DNA of 32,000 nt. Origin: Nitrosomonas europaea. GTDB taxonomy: Bacteria; Pseudomonadota; Gammaproteobacteria; Burkholderiales; Nitrosomonadaceae. How positions within the stretch are numbered: the stretch's first letter is position 1; each line of letters begins with the position of its first letter. The notes beneath the pieces are model-generated. The model ran no database searches. It was not told where the DNA came from and saw only the letters and a list, made by a program, of their open reading frames with translations. This document shows positions 30,267-32,000 of the stretch, in pieces. Made by a program: the position numbers and the translations under genes. The stretch lies in contig NZ_FUWK01000027.1 of the NCBI RefSeq assembly GCF_900167395.1, positions 1 to 32,000 of the forward strand, written 5' to 3'.

Positions 30267-32000
30267 ATGGAACTTGCAAAAAGCTTTGATCCAAAAGAGA
30301 TAGAAACCCGCTGGTATTCGACTTGGGAGACGGCCGGCTATTTCAGCCCAACCGACCATAAGGGAGCAGATCCCTACTGCATCATGCTGCCGCCGCCCAA
30401 TGTTACCGGTACGCTGCATATGGGACATGCCTTCCAGCATACCCTGATGGATGCACTCATTCGTTATCACCGCATGCTGGGTGACAACACATTATGGCAA
30501 CCGGGTACCGATCATGCTGGAATTGCCACACAAATCGTGGTTGAACGGCAATTGGATCAGGAAGGCAAGGATCGCCGTCAGATGGGGCGTGAAGCTTTCC
30601 TTGAGCGAGTCTGGCAATGGAAGGAGGAATCAGGTTCCACGATCACCCGTCAGATGCGCCGTATGGGGGCTTCCTGTGACTGGTCGCGCGAACGTTTCAC
30701 CATGGATGAAACACTCTCCCGCGCGGTGACCGAGGTATTCGTGCGCCTTTACCGGGAAGGGCTGATCTATCGCGGCAAGCGGCTGGTCAACTGGGATCCG
30801 GTACTGCAGACAGCAGTCTCGGATCTGGAAGTGGTTTCGGTTGAAGAACAGGGTTCACTCTGGCATATCCTTTATCCTTTCGAACAACTGGAAGGAGGCA
30901 GTGAGCATCAGGGGCTAGTCGTTGCCACTACACGCCCGGAAACCATGCTGGGGGATATGGCGGTTGCAGTTCATCCGGAAGATGAACGTTATCGTCACCT
31001 GATCGGACGTCATTTGCGTTTGCCACTGTCCGAACGCACGATCCCGATCATTGCAGACAGTTATGTTGATCCTGCTTTTGGTACCGGTTGCGTCAAAATT
31101 ACCCCGGCACATGATTTCAACGACTATCAGGTCGGATTGCGGCACAAATTGATCCCGCTCAATGTTTTTACACTGGATGGCAAGATCAATGACAATGCTC
31201 CAGCAGAGTTTCAGGGGTTGGATCGTTTCGATGCCAGAAAGAAAGTGATTGCCGATCTTCAGGCACAGGGACTGCTGGTTGAAACCCGTCCGCATAAACT
31301 GATGGTTCCGCGTGGAGATCGCACCAATACCGTCATTGAACCGATGTTGACCGACCAGTGGTATCTGGCGATGGAAGGTCTGGCCAAGCAGGGTCTGGCG
31401 GTAGTTGCAAGCGGCAAGGTCAGGTTCGTGCCGGAGAACTGGACACATGTCTACAATCAGTGGCTGGAAAACATCCAGGACTGGTGTATTTCGCGCCAGC
31501 TGTGGTGGGGGCACAGGATACCGGCCTGGTACGATGAAGATGGCAACGTAACCGTTGCGCATGATCTGGAAGAAGCCAGAAAACTGTCCGGTAAAGAAAT
31601 CCTCCGACAGGATGACGATGTGCTCGATACCTGGTTTTCTTCAGCGTTATGGCCTTTTTCGACATTGGGCTGGCCGGAGCAGACACCCGAGCTCAAGACT
31701 TTTCTGCCCGGATCAGTGCTGGTGACAGGATTCGACATCATCTTCTTCTGGGTGGCGCGTATGGTGATGATGTCCCTGCATTTCACCGGTGAGGTACCTT
31801 TCCGAGAGGTATACATTACCGGCCTGATCCGTGATGCGGAAGGCCAGAAAATGAGCAAATCCAAGGGTAATGTGCTCGATCCGCTCGATCTGATCGATGG
31901 TGTTTCGCTGACAGAGCTGATCAGAAAACGTACCACCGGCCTGATGAATCCCAAACAGGCAGAATCCATCGAAAAAACTACCCGCAAGCAGTTTCCGCAA
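30267..32000 (+). CDS. valS: Valyl-tRNA synthetase, 3'-truncated by the window edge (first 578 codons)
   Basis: Not in the ORF track because no stop is reached. My translation is [26 protein letters not shown]....[51 protein letters not shown] (HIGH motif region) and, later, KMSKSKGN (31849-31872). Confidence 0.96.
   Translation, partial: MELAKSFDPKEIETRWYSTWETAGYFSPTDHKGADPYCIMLPPPNVTGTLHMGHAFQHTLMDALIRYHRMLGDNTLWQPGTDHAGIATQIVVERQLDQEGKDRRQMGREAFLERVWQWKEESGSTITRQMRRMGASCDWSRERFTMDETLSRAVTEVFVRLYREGLIYRGKRLVNWDPVLQTAVSDLEVVSVEEQGSLWHILYPFEQLEGGSEHQGLVVATTRPETMLGDMAVAVHPEDERYRHLIGRHLRLPLSERTIPIIADSYVDPAFGTGCVKITPAHDFNDYQVGLRHKLIPLNVFTLDGKINDNAPAEFQGLDRFDARKKVIADLQAQGLLVETRPHKLMVPRGDRTNTVIEPMLTDQWYLAMEGLAKQGLAVVASGKVRFVPENWTHVYNQWLENIQDWCISRQLWWGHRIPAWYDEDGNVTVAHDLEEARKLSGKEILRQDDDVLDTWFSSALWPFSTLGWPEQTPELKTFLPGSVLVTGFDIIFFWVARMVMMSLHFTGEVPFREVYITGLIRDAEGQKMSKSKGNVLDPLDLIDGVSLTELIRKRTTGLMNPKQAESIEKTTRKQFPQ

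Noticed and set aside
30915-32000. Long minus-strand ORFs (215 aa at 30915-31562, 176 aa at 31457-31987, 95 aa at 31713-32000) opposite valS
   Set aside because: These are shadow ORFs of a strongly supported valS reading frame. The 215-aa and 95-aa ORFs are codon-aligned with valS (same coordinate phase), so stops can arise only opposite TTA/CTA/TCA codons, which valS rarely uses here. They have no RBS and no recognisable motifs.

Overview
The window holds the 3' part of tuf, then the complete S10-spc-alpha ribosomal supercluster (rpsJ to rplQ, including secY, infA, rpmJ and rpoA; 29 genes, all on the + strand), then a tRNA-Thr(CGU). After that come about 17 kb of ordinary housekeeping genes: rnfH-ratA divergent from smpB, ctaA, an RDD protein, SRP RNA (ffs), dnaX-ybaB, rluB, prmB, tadA plus a small YkuD-like protein, malic enzyme, serB, an HDOD-GGDEF protein, pepA, holC, an acidic orphan ORF, and the 5' part of valS. 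Gene order (secY-infA-rpmJ, no adk) and protein signatures look beta-proteobacterial; this is inference from memory, with no search run. I found no mobile element, CRISPR array, prophage, or recognisable defence, secretion or biosynthetic system. The strongest signal is compositional. The ~14 kb ribosomal cluster is much more AT-rich (about 38% GC by hand counts, GC3 about 25% in two hand-counted stretches, all of rplW and the rplB 3' end) than tuf immediately upstream (about 52% GC, GC3 about 48%) and the genes beyond ~16.5 kb (about 53% GC). The left boundary is very sharp, falling in the 61-nt tuf-rpsJ spacer, and the right boundary lies near the tRNA. Smaller observations are a tandem 36-bp repeat in the pepA/GGDEF divergent promoter region, partial duplications of the SRP RNA 3' strand in the ffs-dnaX spacer, a signal-peptide-less YkuD protein translationally coupled to tadA, a four-Cys (Zn-ribbon) S4, a shortened S3 with an unusual rpsC-rplP gap, and an acidic orphan ORF between holC and valS. 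All percentages are my own hand counts on sampled stretches and need recomputing.
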